From Octopus sinensis (lineage: Eukaryota): DNA of 64,000 nt. Below are positions 37,866-52,689 of the stretch, piece by piece. The translations under genes were made by a program, and so were the position numbers. A model generated the notes under the pieces. That model was given only the letters and a program-made list of their open reading frames with translations, was not told the origin of the DNA and ran no database searches. The stretch lies in the NCBI RefSeq assembly GCF_006345805.1, contig NC_043001.1, positions 36,642,001 through 36,706,000 on the forward strand, in the 5' to 3' direction. Each line of letters starts with the position of its first letter. The stretch's first letter is position 1.

Positions 37866-38543
37866 TATATATATATATATACATGCATGTATATATATAT
37901 ATATTTAAAGTGTATGTGAGTAAATATATATACATGTATGCAAATATAGAAATTTTATACATTTATATTTACGTCTCTAGCTACATTTACATTTACGTCT
38001 GTATGTATACATACACATATATATACACACACACATAAACACACACACACACACTGTATAAATCCATGTGTGCGCGTTCTTGTGTGTTTGTATGCGTGTG
38101 TGTGTGTGCGTGTGCGTGTGGGTGCACACATACGTGTGTATGTGTCTGACGACAAAATATGTCAGAGATTGGATTCGATATGTCTAAAACAGGAATGTCG
38201 TAGAAGGGGGAAATGAGATATATGTGTTCGGTTCGTGAACTGAAGTAATCTTTACGCTAACATTTACCTCAATGCCAGACGTGATGGGGTTGGTGTGGAC
38301 AGAGCGTGGCGGTATATATGGCCCTCTTACACTTATTGGATAAGAAAGCAGAGGACACTTATCTCTCATTGCGTAAATCACACTACAGAGCCGCTGCTTC
38401 GGAATTAGTTTCAACAGCGGCTTCTGTTGAGAACTTTCAGTTTATTTAATGAGAATTTACATCTCTTTCCCTCCCATCTTTCCATACATACACACACATA
38501 CACATTCTCGCTCTTTCTCTGTCTATCTTTTTCTATATCTCTC

Positions 38544-38599
<56 letters not shown>

Positions 38600-38720
38600 T
38601 TGTTGCTCGCTCGGTTCATATACACACATACATGCGTACATATTTTGAGTGATATGTAATAGATACATATATACATATACATACGCATAAATACATATAC
38701 ACACACATATGTATATATGC

Positions 38721-38759
<39 letters not shown>

Positions 38760-38801
38760 CGTATATATGTATCTCTTTTTTTCTCTCTCTCTCTCTCTCT
38801 C

Positions 38802-38853
<52 letters not shown>

Positions 38854-38982
38854 CCTTTGTGTGTTTGTGTGGTGGGATATCTATGGGTACTGCGGAAATA
38901 AATTGTCGGTGTGTTATTGTATGGGATCTAGTTTACATCTACATATAAACCTAAGTGTTATAGACATAGGCAGACAGACGGT

Positions 38983-39041
<59 letters not shown>

Positions 39042-39904
39042 GGGGAGAGAGAGAGAGAGAGAGAGAGAGATTGGTCGTATTATCTTCAACTAGATAATTG
39101 TTGCTGTGTCTCGTATCATGTAAATCACCCATGATGACACGGATGAATTATCATTAGACGGATGAGTCGTTCTTTCGGTACATGGACGTCTGGCTGACTG
39201 ACTGACTGGTTGCTGGTTTAGTTGTTAGCTTCCTTTTGCTTTTTTGTTGGGTACAGGCTCGATGGCAACGCTGTTTTTATTATCGGTTAGCCAGGTGTTT
39301 GGTATGGGAAAATGACTAAATGTGCGGGTGGGAATAATAATATCGATTAGAAGCTCTTCGTTTTGTGTAGTTTTTTTGTTTTTTTTTTCCACTTCATTTA
39401 AACTTGTTGGGGTTAGTATATCGGATTTTATGAAATTGAGATATGTTCGTAAATTGAAAGAATCCGCAGACATTAAATTGAATTAAAGAGCATTTATCGA
39501 TTAGCATTCATGTTCTGACGCGTATCGATATTCGATAAACAAGACCAATCAATAATACTGTATAAAGAAAACTATAAAACTATGTAAAAAAAAAAACCAT
39601 TTATGATTCTTTCATTTGAAGTTCAGTTCATATTTGAAATTGAAACACTTTAAACCTATCAGTAGTAAATAATATAATTCGTAACACAGTTACATGGCCA
39701 ACCACTTTAGGGAGGGGAACTGCCGTTAAAATAAACTCGTATTTTGCTGTAACGCTTTATAGGACCCCCAAATGTTGAAATATTAATTCAACATCGATTG
39801 TGATTTGAAATCGGAACTATTTTTTGCTTATTGGTTTCAATAGCTTGATCAGTCTAAATACTAAAATCCAAAAAGAATAGTGTGGGGTTTAGTTTGTACT
39901 ATAT

Positions 39905-40166
39905 TAAATAAATAAATGCGCCCTTTTAAAGCTTAGCCAGGCTCATGGGCCCGGTTTCCCGGTTTCAATGGCATATGTGTATCCCAGCTGGACGGGACGC
40001 CAGTCCATCGCAGCGTTACTCATTTTTGCCAGCTGAGTGGACTGGAACATCGTGAAATGAAGTGTTTTGCTCAAGAACACAACGCGTCGCCAGGTCCAGG
40101 AATCGAAGCCACAATCTTACGATCATGATGCTGACTCCCTAACCACTAAGCCACGCGCCTCCACTT
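39905..40166 (-). mobile_element. tRNA-derived SINE family D, full length
   Basis: Reverse complement of 55703/58655-type copies. TTGTACTA on both flanks. Confidence 0.9.
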
Positions 40167-40589
40167 GTACTAGTATTAGCAGATTTAAATTCCAATTAGT
40201 TTTTTTATGAATGTTATAACTGACCACATATGATCCAGTGCAAATACTGGTGAGATTTAACATGGTTATTAGTATACTCAGTTGAGGTTAATATAGAACT
40301 GCTAGTTATAAGTTTGTTAATTGTTTCTTTGGTTGTACCACAAAAGTGACAGGAAGAATCACCGCCATTTTAAAGTATATTCGCTTATTAACCACTTGTG
40401 GACAAACACTGATTTTCAGCTACTATAGTGACCCTCTCTGCTTCTGAGTTGATTCCAGATGTACTAATGCGTTATATTTGGATCCACCTCAGAATCGCTG
40501 ATGTTAATACAAAATAGAAGCTTGGGATTTTAACATTCTGACCGACAGCTAGAAGGCCTTATTTAGTAGTAGTAGATATAGAAATTGTC

Positions 40590-40890
40590 AGGTAATTGAA
40601 TTCCAAATGATGAAAAAGTTAATATGAGAGGTATAGAGAAAATAACAAATTACCAGGTGGGTAATGCGAGTAAAATGTATCCCCGTAGTTATGGGTGCAT
40701 TAGGAACTATCATTAAAGATCTGAGCCAATGGATAGAGGAACTAGGCGTAAAACCTAGTTTAGTGCAGCTCCAGAAAACAGTATTATTAGGGACTTCTAA
40801 GATACTTAGGAATGTTCTTGGCATTTAAGGTTGGCAAGGAGATCTTGGCCTAGTAGTCAACCGTCTCCAGTAGACGTGAGAAATTTATGT
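40590..40890 (+). pseudogene. RLE-type (R4/Dong-like) non-LTR retrotransposon C-terminal remnant
   Basis: 40670-40828 translates VKCIPVVMGALGTIIKDLSQWIEELGVKPSLVQLQKTVLLGTSKILRNVLGI*, the typical PVVxGALG..LQK..LLGT..ILR ending of restriction-like endonuclease ORFs. Confidence 0.8.
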
Positions 40891-41247
40891 TAAAATCAAG
40901 GATCTCTGACGGCATACTGAACTCAAGTGGGCAGCATTTGCTGGTTTTCGGGAAAATTAGAAATATCTAGATATCACAATTGTAGCAATACGTATGGTTC
41001 CAAGATCTTTTTCCCACATCAATATCAGTAAGTGACAGTTAAAATGTCTCCACAACTATCAGCAGAGAGAATATCAGTGGCGCCAACAACAGTGGCTGCA
41101 CTAGCTACAAGAATGAAGACAGCACAGACAAAAACAACCGCAGCAACATCAACAGTTGAAGCAACAAGAAAAGCAACCCTAGAACCACTACCACAGAAGT
41201 TGAAGGCTTCAAAGGATATCCCACGAGAACTAGGAAGCGTATGATCC

Positions 41248-42810
41248 GAATTTGCGTATGCAGACAACGTTATCGTAATAGTGACGGACACCGGACATAT
41301 TAAAGTGACACTACTCACAGGGGAAAATGAGCTGTAACAGGAGCAAAAAATTAACTAGAAGTCGTTGGTCCAGTTCAGTGTCTGAAGATGCAGGTCCACA
41401 ACATCCAGCAACATCGTAGGACGCTGGATAGACGAACCGCTTAAATTACTGAGGTTTGGTTTTGTCCAGATCTCCAGGTGGACGCCAACTGGGAAGAGAG
41501 AAAGAGCAGGTTGGCTAGTCTCATCCAGAAGTGGGCTGAGAGAACACAATCTCTGAAGGTTTGGGTAGAAGCGATGAATGCTTACGTTGTACCAACTCAT
41601 CTACTGTCAACTAACCGTCGTGTCTTACCCTGCTCTACGGTTGACCAGAATGGAGCTGTTGCTTTCTGCTTTTTGTGAAGGGAACACATTCTGCTGGTTA
41701 GACGGTCTATTTGCTGTCAACATCTGCCGTGTAGAGGACTGGGAATGTTCTACCTAATGGTCAGATATACGCTGAGGTTACGATACTTTCGGCGTTTCCT
41801 TGACGGTGAGCAGGTGTGGTCGCCCTTTCTTAGACGCTCTTTTGCACAATTCGTTTCTTTCATAGAGCTATATCCCGGGACTAAGCGTAGCTTGATGCAA
41901 GGCGCCAGGCACCTTAACTCACGCCAAGCGCTCACAACCCTCTGCTATAGGCAATGCAGTCAGTGGTTTTCCATTATGGCGGTTAATATAGGATTAATGG
42001 TGGGTAGGAGCAGGGAGCAAGGAAATCCTCAGAGAAACTCGGAGAGCAATGAAATCAATCAGCTGGTCTTTTCCTGAGGTCTTTAGAGTCGGAGCCCATA
42101 GAAATTTTCGAGAAATTCGTGGTTTCGCTGTGCTACTGAAGAAGGCTCCAAGTGTGGTAGTGCCGTTAGCCACATCTATCCGAAGTGCCCGCTGAACTAC
42201 GGACTCGTACTGCATGCGCTCATCCAGTGGTTGAGTATTGCTGACTTGTGAAGTTATATCGAGCAAATGTTGTCACCTGTAGAACGGATTCAGCTATCGG
42301 CTGACTCCTTCAGGAAAACTGTCTCCAACGCCTTCTTTTGACCGGGAAGGGTAGGCAGTGTTCCTTTGTATACGGCAGTTTACTTGTGTAGTGACCGCAA
42401 AAGAAGTTGTGTAGTGATTGAAAACAGATATTTTCCTTTACAGCTAAACCCACCTTGTCCTTTACTAGCTCAACTATTAAGACCATGTCAGAGTGGAGAG
42501 GGAAGTGCTGTCTCTCAGTAAACATGTAAAAAGGTGAATGAATATTACGAAAATTGTTTGAGTGGATGAATCTATTCTAAACATGAGCTTATTGGCTGGA
42601 AATTAAGGGTGTAGGGGAGCAATTTGCCATAGTGCTCCTGGTGAGTAGGGTGACTCGGGATCTGTGAGATCCTTTAGGGAATTTTGTTGTTAGAATTTTC
42701 TTGCTAATTTATTTGCTGTTTACATGTATTTATGTAAGTCCCCAGTGTTCGTTGCATTTGTATTATTATAAATGTTTTCTGTGGATCTTGGAGCCAATAA
42801 AGTATTATTA
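41248..42810 (+). mobile_element. Degenerate Tx1/L1-clade retrotransposon (RT domain 5 to 3' UTR)
   Basis: FAYADNVIVIV at 41251-41283 (YADD decayed to YADN). LQVDANWEE follows. LHALIQ..L*SYIEQMLSPVERIQLSADS aligns to the 15.7-kb copy. AATAAA then TAT repeats at ~42800. Many stops and frameshifts. Confidence 0.8.
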
Positions 42811-42837
42811 TCATTATTATATTATTTTTTTTCCTTT

Positions 42838-43234
42838 TTTTTTCAAATTTTCTTCCATTTCTCGCCGAGTATTTTCCGTACACCTAGGGCAGAGAAGTAC
42901 CTTGTATGCATTCCCAGATCACACGCGCAAATTCACAGGTAAAACACCTATTTAAAAAAATTAATTAATAAATTCATGGATGAATGTTGTTTTCACAGCA
43001 ATAATGCTCTTCTCAGTACATGAGTCGTTCCAGTTAACACGATTTTTTGCACTTCTTGTAGGGATGGTAAGCCTGGTATCATTTTCAAATAGGTTTCAGT
43101 ACATTTTTTTAACATCCCTAGAGATTTCTACAATCACTGGTACTGTAGTCGCCTTTTTTTTTCAATTTCTATTAGCAAGTCTTTATATTTACTGATCTTG
43201 TCAAATTCTTTCGCCGCTATATTGTGATCGCAAG
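42838..43234 (-). pseudogene. 5'-truncated RLE-type retrotransposon end, flanked by (AAT)n
   Basis: Minus strand CDHNIAAKEFDKISKYKDLLIEIEK / frameshift / TTVPVIV..LPSLQEVQKIVLTGTTHVLRRALLL* (stop 42993), then 3' UTR. Confidence 0.82.
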
Positions 43235-43303
43235 TATAATAATAATAATAATAATAATTATTATTATATTATTATTATTATTATTATTATTATGTTTTTT
43301 CCT

Positions 43304-43507
43304 TCTTCTTCAAATTTTCTTCCGTTTCTCGCCGAGTGTTTTCCATACACCTAGGGCAGAGAAGGGCATTGTATGCATTCCCAAATTACACGCGCAAATT
43401 CACAGACAAAATATGTATTTAAAAATTAATAAATAAATAAATTCATGGATGGATGTTATTTTCACAGCGATACTGCTCTTCTCAGTACATGAGCCGTTCC
43501 AGTTAAT
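43304..43507 (-). mobile_element. Second, shorter 3' end of the same RLE family, flanked by (AAT)n
   Basis: EVQKIVLTGTAHVLRRAVSL* plus a 3' UTR homologous to 42838-42995. Confidence 0.82.
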
Positions 43508-43570
43508 ACGATTTTTTGCACTTCCGTTATTATTATTATTGTTATTATTATTATCATTATTATTATTACT

Positions 43571-44099
43571 GAGTGAGAGAGCAGTGCATGCCAGCAAAGT
43601 GACACTGGGGTAAAATATACGAAGCCCAGTATACCCATCATACCTACCCGTCTGATAAGGGTACACCAGGCACGTGCATCACAACCATATGTGCGCGACA
43701 TAGTGATCTCATATCAAGATAAATAGCACATGACCTTGCAAGTGGGGCCCAGTTAGAATTTTCTTCTGATCGAGTAGGACCCTGAATAAGGATTGTTTGA
43801 AGATGTTGAACGAACTACCCATGTTTCCAAAGGTGAATTATCCAAACCTCTAAGAATTCCTTTCAACACATGGCTATGATACTCCCTTACTCCTTCTGCG
43901 CGTGATGCACATACGCCAGCCACTAAGGGACATGTTCAACAGGTTATGGTCAAACAACTGACAAGCAAATCTGTGGTATTGAGCAGAATATTTGCTGTAG
44001 CCCATCTTTTATACCAAGACAAAACAATGTACATGATAACACTTCCAATCAGTTAAGATCAGAAGCCATGAGAGCCACTGTCTGGTACTGCATCAGGGC

Positions 44100-44100
<1 letters not shown>
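43571..44100 (-). mobile_element. Non-coding (AAT)n-embedded element, family E
   Basis: Both ends are shared with 44166-44474 (GCCCTGATGC start, CTCTCTCACTC end on minus). (AAT)n on both flanks. Confidence 0.7.
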
Positions 44101-44134
<34 letters not shown>

Positions 44135-44165
44135 TATTATTATTATTATTATCATTATTGTTATT

Positions 44166-44474
44166 GAGTGAGAGAGCCGCGCATACCATCAAAGTGACAC
44201 TGTTATACAAATATAGGAAGCCCAATACATCCACCATGACTACCCGTCTGATAAGGGTACACCAGTCACATGCATCACAACCATATCTAGATAAGCAGCA
44301 CATAACCTTGAAGGTGGGGCCCAGTTAGAACTTTCTTCAGGTTGAGTGGACCATCCCGCTCAAAAGGTCTCTGAATAAGGGTTTTTAAGGATTTTGAACG
44401 AAACACCGAAAGAAACACCGATCAGTTAAGATCAGAAGCCACGAGAGCTTACTGCCTTGTACCGCATCAGGGCG
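44166..44474 (-). mobile_element. Shorter family E copy
   Basis: Homologous ends to 43571-44100. AAT-type repeats on both flanks. Confidence 0.7.
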
Positions 44475-44718
44475 TATTATTATCATCATCATCATTATCA
44501 TTATTATTGTCAGTTGATAAAATATGCACAAGTCTTGCATTGGGATAGATGTACTCGACCAGATCCCTATCCTCAAAATTTCTGGCTTTTTGCTTATAGC
44601 AGAAAGTAGTAGTAGTAGTAGTAGTGGTGGTGGTGGTGGTGGTGGTGGTGGTGGTGGTGGTGGTGGTGGTGGTAGCAGTAGTAGTAGTAGTGGTGGTGGT
44701 AGTGGTAGTAGTAGTAGT

Positions 44719-44752
<34 letters not shown>

Positions 44753-44762
44753 TGTTGTTGTG

Positions 44763-44794
<32 letters not shown>

Positions 44795-46329
44795 TGACAT
44801 GTGTGACATTTTATGATAACTTTCTGCATCTTATGACGACAATTCCTGGTATTTCGTTAAAGACGACATTTCATCGGAAGTCTAATTAAACGGTAAGTTG
44901 ACGGCTATAAACAGTCATAAAATACTCCGCGACCACAAACAAGATGCCACGCATGTGTATACGTTGCATGTATCTTTATATTCGTGCGGGTGTTTTTGTA
45001 CGTCTATATATATATATATATATATATCATGTGTGTTTGTATGCGCAGCGCGTGTATGCATGTGTGTGCGCATTGCTGAAAGACGTGCACACGAGGTGCA
45101 CTATTGTTTATAATGGGTGACGCTGTTGCCGCCTTTAGTGTTATTTGTTGTTCTTGGTGGATGTGTCTCTTTTTATTTTATTTTGTATGTTGTTGTTGCT
45201 GTTGGTGTTGGTTTTCTTACCAAATATTCTGTTTTTTCCGCATTTCTTTTCAATTCATAACGACATTGTACATTTTATAGCTGACGTAATTTTGTCGCAA
45301 TGTTTGTTGTTGTTGTTGTTACTTTTGCTGCCGTTGTTGTTCTTCTTGTTGTTGTTGTTGTTGTTGTCAACATCGTCCTTATTATTGACACTGTAGATGT
45401 TGTTATTACAATTGTTATTGTTTCTATTGTTGTTCATAGAAAATCCAATTATTTGCATTTTCCTCTTTCCTTCATTATTTTTCTTTTTTCCTTTTTCATT
45501 TCTTCGGCAACTTTTATTTATTTATTCTTCTTTCCACTCTCTTTCTCTCTTTCATCATTCGTTTCATTTAATTTTTCCTTCATTCATTATTATTTTTTCT
45601 TTTCCCCATATACAGTTTCTTTTATCATTCTTTCGCCTCTTTCATCAATCTTATGTGTTTTTTTTTTGTTTTATTATTTTTCATCCTTTTCTTTCGTTCT
45701 ATCGTCTGCCTCTTCTTACCTTATTTATTCGTACAGACTCAGTTCTTTCTAGTTTTATTCATTAATTCTCTTTCTTTTTTTCATTTTTTTGCTTGTTATT
45801 GTCTTATCTTTGTGCCATTCTTATTACTTTCATTTACGCTTCATCTTCTTTCTTCCTCTCATTTCATTATTTTTCACACCAAACGATGAAACAAACACAA
45901 AATGCCAAGACAGTAAGATTGCCAATCAGAATTCACCATAGAATCTAAATCTTGTTGTATCACTGCAACTGATTTGAGTTCAAATCACACGAAGATGAAG
46001 GTTGATGTTCTTTCGTTTTATAAAATAACAGAACTTGATATTATAGTATAATCAGAGGAGAAAGGGCGCTGCTCACAACTTTTAACAATACGTTCTAAAC
46101 TAGTGATACATGATAAAGGAAGAAAATATAATTCAAATATTGCTGTAGAATGAACTAAGCAGCCTCATGGAGCTCAGGAACTTGGCCTCAAAGCTTACAA
46201 TACAGTGATTTTATAAAAGTCGTTTAAAGATGCTTAAAAGCTGTCTCCATAATTCTTTATAGGGTCCCCGAGATTTGTGGCAAGAAGAAAGGAAGTTAGG
46301 GACCTTTTCTGTTTCGTTGCCATTTTTCA

Positions 46330-46930
46330 ATTTCTTCAGTTTTGCTACAATACATTTGAAATTTGGTGTACTGATGTAGTTTTGTATGCTAATTATTGAC
46401 AGGAAATTCATTTTTGTCATAAATCAATAAATAAACAGTTAATAGCTTTTTAAACTTTACAAATTTTGAGTAATTTTAGCCAATCGAAAACCACAGATAT
46501 GGGTGTCTGTTTCCATAGTAACAAGCCAAGCGTTACCACTCTTGTTTACGAAACACCACACGTGTTTACAAACTGATATTCTACGCAGTGTTTTCTACTG
46601 TACCCATTTGTGGCTGTTTTTGGATATTTTACTTTACATTCTCAATACCAAGCTCTTGAATGCCTAAAAGTACAAAATATGTGTTGCTTACTGGTTTTGT
46701 CATCATTACTCGCTTATTAAATACTTAAAACACGTGCTATCGCCGCAATGTTGACATCATTGTTTTGTCGTTTTACGATTGCAGTCAGGTACAAAATGAC
46801 AGCTTCCAAATCCTATTTTCTGATTGGTTAAAAATTATCAAAGTTTAAAGCTTTGACCCTTTTTTTTAAAGAAATCTGGAAGAAGTGAATTAGTCCATGA
46901 GATTCAGCGTGAAAAATTACATCAATACAC
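46330..46930. repeat. Unclassified dispersed repeat (AGCCAATC...CCATAGTAAC...CTGATTGG...TTCAGCGT)
   Basis: Segments recur at 60690-60761 plus 61185-61310 and at 62826-63240. Ends not defined. Confidence 0.55.
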
Positions 46931-47211
46931 AAAATTAGAAACTTTTCACTTAATTTTAAAATTTCAAAAAGTGCAGTGAAACAGAAAATATATGGAAGTT
47001 GTTATCAAACTGTAGACTTAGCCCAAATGCATCCAACAAAGTAGACTCTACTAATGTTATACATGAGACAAAGGAATGAGATTGAACTGAGTAATTGAGT
47101 GCAACAAAGGCTCTGAAGGCTCAGACGGTGATAGTAAATATCGAAACGGATTAAGAGCAACGTGTAAATAAATGTAATATCTTTGATTTACACACCATAA
47201 GCAACCTGTTT

Positions 47212-47425
47212 GTTTGTTCCTTCTCGAGCCATGCCTGGCTCATAAGGGCCGGTTTCCCGGTTTCTTGGTTTCTTGGCGTATAGATTCGCCAATACCTTCT
47301 ACCGGAGCCACGTGGAGATTAGGTGTTTTCGCTCATAAACACACACATCGCCCGGTCTAAGATTCGAACCCGCGATCCCTCGACCGCGAGTCCGCTGCTC
47401 TAACAACTAGGCCATGTGCCTCCAC
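47212..47425 (-). mobile_element. SINE with C-type head, internally deleted, 11-bp TSD
   Basis: GCAACCTGTTT at 47201-47211 and 47431-47441. tRNA boxes on the minus strand. Confidence 0.85.
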
Positions 47426-47447
47426 GATAGGCAACCTGTTTCCATCA

Positions 47448-48120
47448 TTACATGCCAAAAATGCCTATCAGTTTCATGCATTCCAAGGCTCTAACAGACT
47501 GCTCATACGTTATAAGTTCGCCATCATCAGCATATAAAGACATGCACCATAACATGATTCCATCTCCTTCAAGCTCCACAGTCATGGAAATACTCGCAGA
47601 ATGAAATCTCTCGTCAATTCTGCGAAGGAAGCTGTCTATGGCAGCAATATTGAGCACCAATCTTGATTAATCATTTCAGATGACGTAATTGCAGACATGT
47701 GATTCAACTCTTAGTGATTCTCATGGTCAGCAGAAGCTTCCTCCATATGTATTAGATACAAAAGCAACATCTTCTCATTTTCCTTCAAATAGTGATTCTG
47801 ATAAGCTTAGTCTTCGCAGTTGCTGCCAGCTTTTCCTCCTTTCTTAAAGAACTAAGAATTTTACTCTGTCATGTCTACTTGTGTAATTCCAGACCTAACA
47901 AATGCGTTCTTTCTTGTAATATAAACAGTTTTCTGGAAGCGAAGACCTAATTTCTTATGAAAGGTAGAAAAAGATAGGAATTTCCTTCTGCGGTAGCTTG
48001 TGGATATCGAAGAATGTTGTGGCTGATTCACAAACACTAATAATTTGATAGTAATAGCCAAAATTAGCATAAAAGAAAAATTTTTGATATCTTTAGAGGA
48101 AAAAAAAAAGCCAAAATTTT
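47448..48120 (-). pseudogene. Highly decayed LINE reverse transcriptase remnant
   Basis: SLYADDGELI motif in ORF 47448-47660. The rest is not alignable by eye. Confidence 0.4.
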
Positions 48121-48698
48121 GCAATGAAAACAGTCACTTCATAGGATTATTTTGAGCTTATATCATGCTTATTTTCTTTACATTAGATATGCCTTCCCAG
48201 ATATCATCTAGCACAAAAAAAAATATCTGATTTAATCTGTAATTAGAGCTATTTATACGTAACTTTTTATTGAAACATTAAGAGAAACTTCTTTTAGACT
48301 TTCATTGAAAAGAAATATAAAATCCACTTCGTGACATTTTACATGCATTTTCCAAAAGTTTTCTTATAAAGAGCAACTCAAAACAACAGTCATCAACTTT
48401 CTATGTGTATAATTTTTATATTTTCTGTTTTTACCTGAGAATTTGACACTTATGAATAATAGATGAAAATTTGAATATCTTCGGCGTTTCGTTTTTCTTA
48501 ATAAAACTCAATGTGTAACTTTGCAATGTAGGCTTTACTTTTAAAAAATTGCCAGCGTGTAGAGGAAGTATGACAGAATTTTATGCGTATATTTTCATTG
48601 CGGTGTATACAACATTTTAACATGCCAAATTTACAAAAATACGTTTGACTCACTTTTTGGTGATGAGTGTGTGTGCGTGTATATATATAATATATATA

Positions 48699-48761
<63 letters not shown>

Positions 48762-49169
48762 ATACGTAAACATAGTCAAAAGGCGATAAAATAAATTATT
48801 ATCGCCGGTGATCTAGCACAAAAGACATTTTAGCCATAGGCTATATGTTATTCATATATAAGTACATTAAAAGGCTTCTAAAAGAAGAAGTGAGTACTAG
48901 ATACACAAAAGTTGGATAAATTCAGTGAAATGAAAATTAAAAACGTTTACAAACTCGGTTCATCTTATACTGCAGTTTCGTCTTTTTCAGCATTAAATAT
49001 AATTTATCTGCTCAGGTCAGATTCTTCAGTAAGCAACCTGTTATTCTAGAAGTACATATCAATAGAAGCATGTGCGACTCTACTGATTTACTTTCTCTAA
49101 CTTTTCAGATCATTGCGCAGACGCAGAACATACCCGACAAACAGAGGGGGTTCTGGTTTTACGTATTTC

Positions 49170-49199
<30 letters not shown>

Positions 49200-49203
<4 letters not shown>

Positions 49204-49352
49204 GGTGGATGGCCTAGTGGTTAGGCTGTTCCACTCCACTCCACTCATGATTATGATTCGCGACACCGTGGTTTCAACTCCCCGACCAAGTTGTGTGTTA
49301 TATTCTTGAGCAAAACACTTCATCTCACGTTGCTCTGCGATCACTTCGACAC
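49200..49352 (+). mobile_element. SINE fragment, D-like head
   Basis: TGGCCTAGTGGTTAGG..GGTTTCAACTCC..TTCTTGAGCAAAACAC. Confidence 0.75.
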
Positions 49353-49823
49353 CTTATGGATAGATAGATAGATAGATCCCATGTAACATCATATAACTTT
49401 TATTCTTTCCTTTTAGTAATGATATTGACTACTACCTTTTTCTTGGGGTAATTCATAAGGTAACACAGCCGTGTTCATAATAGTGTTTAAACAGAAAATA
49501 ACATCGTATAAGAGACTCGAGAGATAAATGTAACATGAATTTGGCTTTTGCGTAGATACTATTATATGTTGGTTATTATTCAAGATTCCTCCTCCAATAG
49601 CGGGAAAGTTCGATACTATTGGTGTTCTCTTACGCGAAGTCGTTTTTCAAGTTCCATGAACGATTTGAACTCCGTTCTGCACGATAAAATAGCCCCTATC
49701 CAATTTTATAGTGCTGGTACTCTCCACTGGCAGGGGATCTTTACCCATTGCTTGCTCTTGTTGTCATCTAATCGTTGTTTATCTCCAATCTTATGATGTG
49801 ATATATTTCTATCATGAACATTT

Positions 49824-50990
<1,167 letters not shown>

Positions 50991-52148
50991 GACCTCATCA
51001 TTGGTTTCCCAAATATATTATACCTAAGGAGTCCATTCTTTGTTTAAAAATAGGAACGTTTGGTTTATGGAAAAGAAAACCGGCTGATCAGTACATTAGA
51101 CCGAATGACAACATGGAAGCAAAATTGTTGGCTGAAGGCATTTTAATAAACTGGAATGTTTGTAGAAAAATGTATTATATTTAACTCTATTATAGTAATG
51201 AAACGTAACACTTCATAGTCATTCGATGTTTAACGGCGGCAGCGAGTGATTTACGAAAACAATACTCTACTAACTTTAGCAGGTCAAACGACTACACAGA
51301 AGCTACTTTGATCACTGGTTGTATTTTAATAAACCAGTACGTTTATAGAATTATAGAATTACATTTAACTTTATTAATGTAATGGAAAGTAACACTGTAC
51401 AGACACCATATTAATAATGATATCGGTGAAAAGAAAACACACCTCTTTTCTGACTGTCATGAAATATATTTATCATTTATCTCATCTGACAACTTTCAAT
51501 TAATCTTATCCTATCTCATTAAGCCCTGTCACCATGAACAATTATGGCGATTAAAGATTGTTGGGAATTGTATTATTTTAGTTAGTTTTTTTTTCACGCA
51601 CTCGTTTCTATATCATCTACTTTGTCTTTAGTATTTGTCGGTATTTTTCTCGTTTTTCATACCAGGGGCAAAGATTATTATTATTTTTTTTTTTTTCGTC
51701 TGAAACGAAGTAGAACAAAATCTACAGAAAATAGTCAAATAACAAAAGCAGGGACGACAACAACTAACAAAACTAAAGGATATGGCCGTGCTTTTTGCTT
51801 CTTGAGCCAAAAAATTAACTTAACTTAACTTAATTCGTCGTCCGGTCTAACTCTATCTTTTGAGCCTAGGGTGACTTTAATGGATGCAATGCGTTGCAAG
51901 CATCCTTGACAGCTCACTGGTTTCGGAAAAAATGTTTCACCTTTTCTCCCAACAGTTTCAGAGGCTCATAAGACTTAAAAGGGTCATCGGTGTGGCCATT
52001 CCCTCCCTGACTGAACGGAAGTAAAGCACAACAACAAAAGCATCAACAACAACAATAAAGATATTAATAAATGCCTTTGCACTTTCCTTGTTGCTTAGAA
52101 GGACATTGCTTAGAAGGACATTGAGTCAATGAGGTCTATACAAATATA

Positions 52149-52531
52149 GTGGAGGCGCAATGGCCCAGTGGTTAGGGCAGCGGACTCGCGGTTGTAGGAT
52201 CGCGGTTTCGATTCCCAGACTGGGCGTTGTGAGTGTTTATTGAGCGAAAACACCTAAAGCTCCACGAGGCTCCGGCAGGGGATGGTGGTGATCCCTGCTG
52301 TACTCTTTCACCACAACTTTCTCTCACTCTTTCTTCCTGATTCTGTTGTACCTGTATTTCAAGGGGCCGGCCTTGTCACTCTCTGTGTCACGCTGAATAT
52401 CCCCGAGAACTACGTTAAGGGTGCACGTGTCTGTGAAGTGCTCAGCCACTTACACGTTAATTTCACGAGCAGGCTGTTCCGTTGGTCGGATCAACCGGAA
52501 CCCTCATCGTCGTAACCGACGGAGTGCTTCC
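52149..52531 (+). mobile_element. SINE family C, full length
   Basis: Highly similar to 18184-18568. Confidence 0.92.
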
Positions 52532-52689
52532 ATCCCCATCCATACAAATATACAAAGCCTAAGCAACAGATATGGCGGAAATAAATGACGCAAGTTTTTG
52601 AAAGGTTCACTATATCAGGTGATATAGCACACTTTGAAAAAAGTTTCAAGGTAAAGATTCTTTGGGGACAAATCAAGCATACCCAGGAC

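Noticed and set aside
41032-41244. Thr/Ala-rich ORF as a mucin-like exon
   Set aside because: It abuts a decayed Tx1 RT and is more plausibly an ORF1 relic; unproven either way.
44040-44085. U2 snRNA-like sequence in family E
   Set aside because: Only superficial resemblance (GCTTCT..GATC); no branch-point recognition or Sm site.
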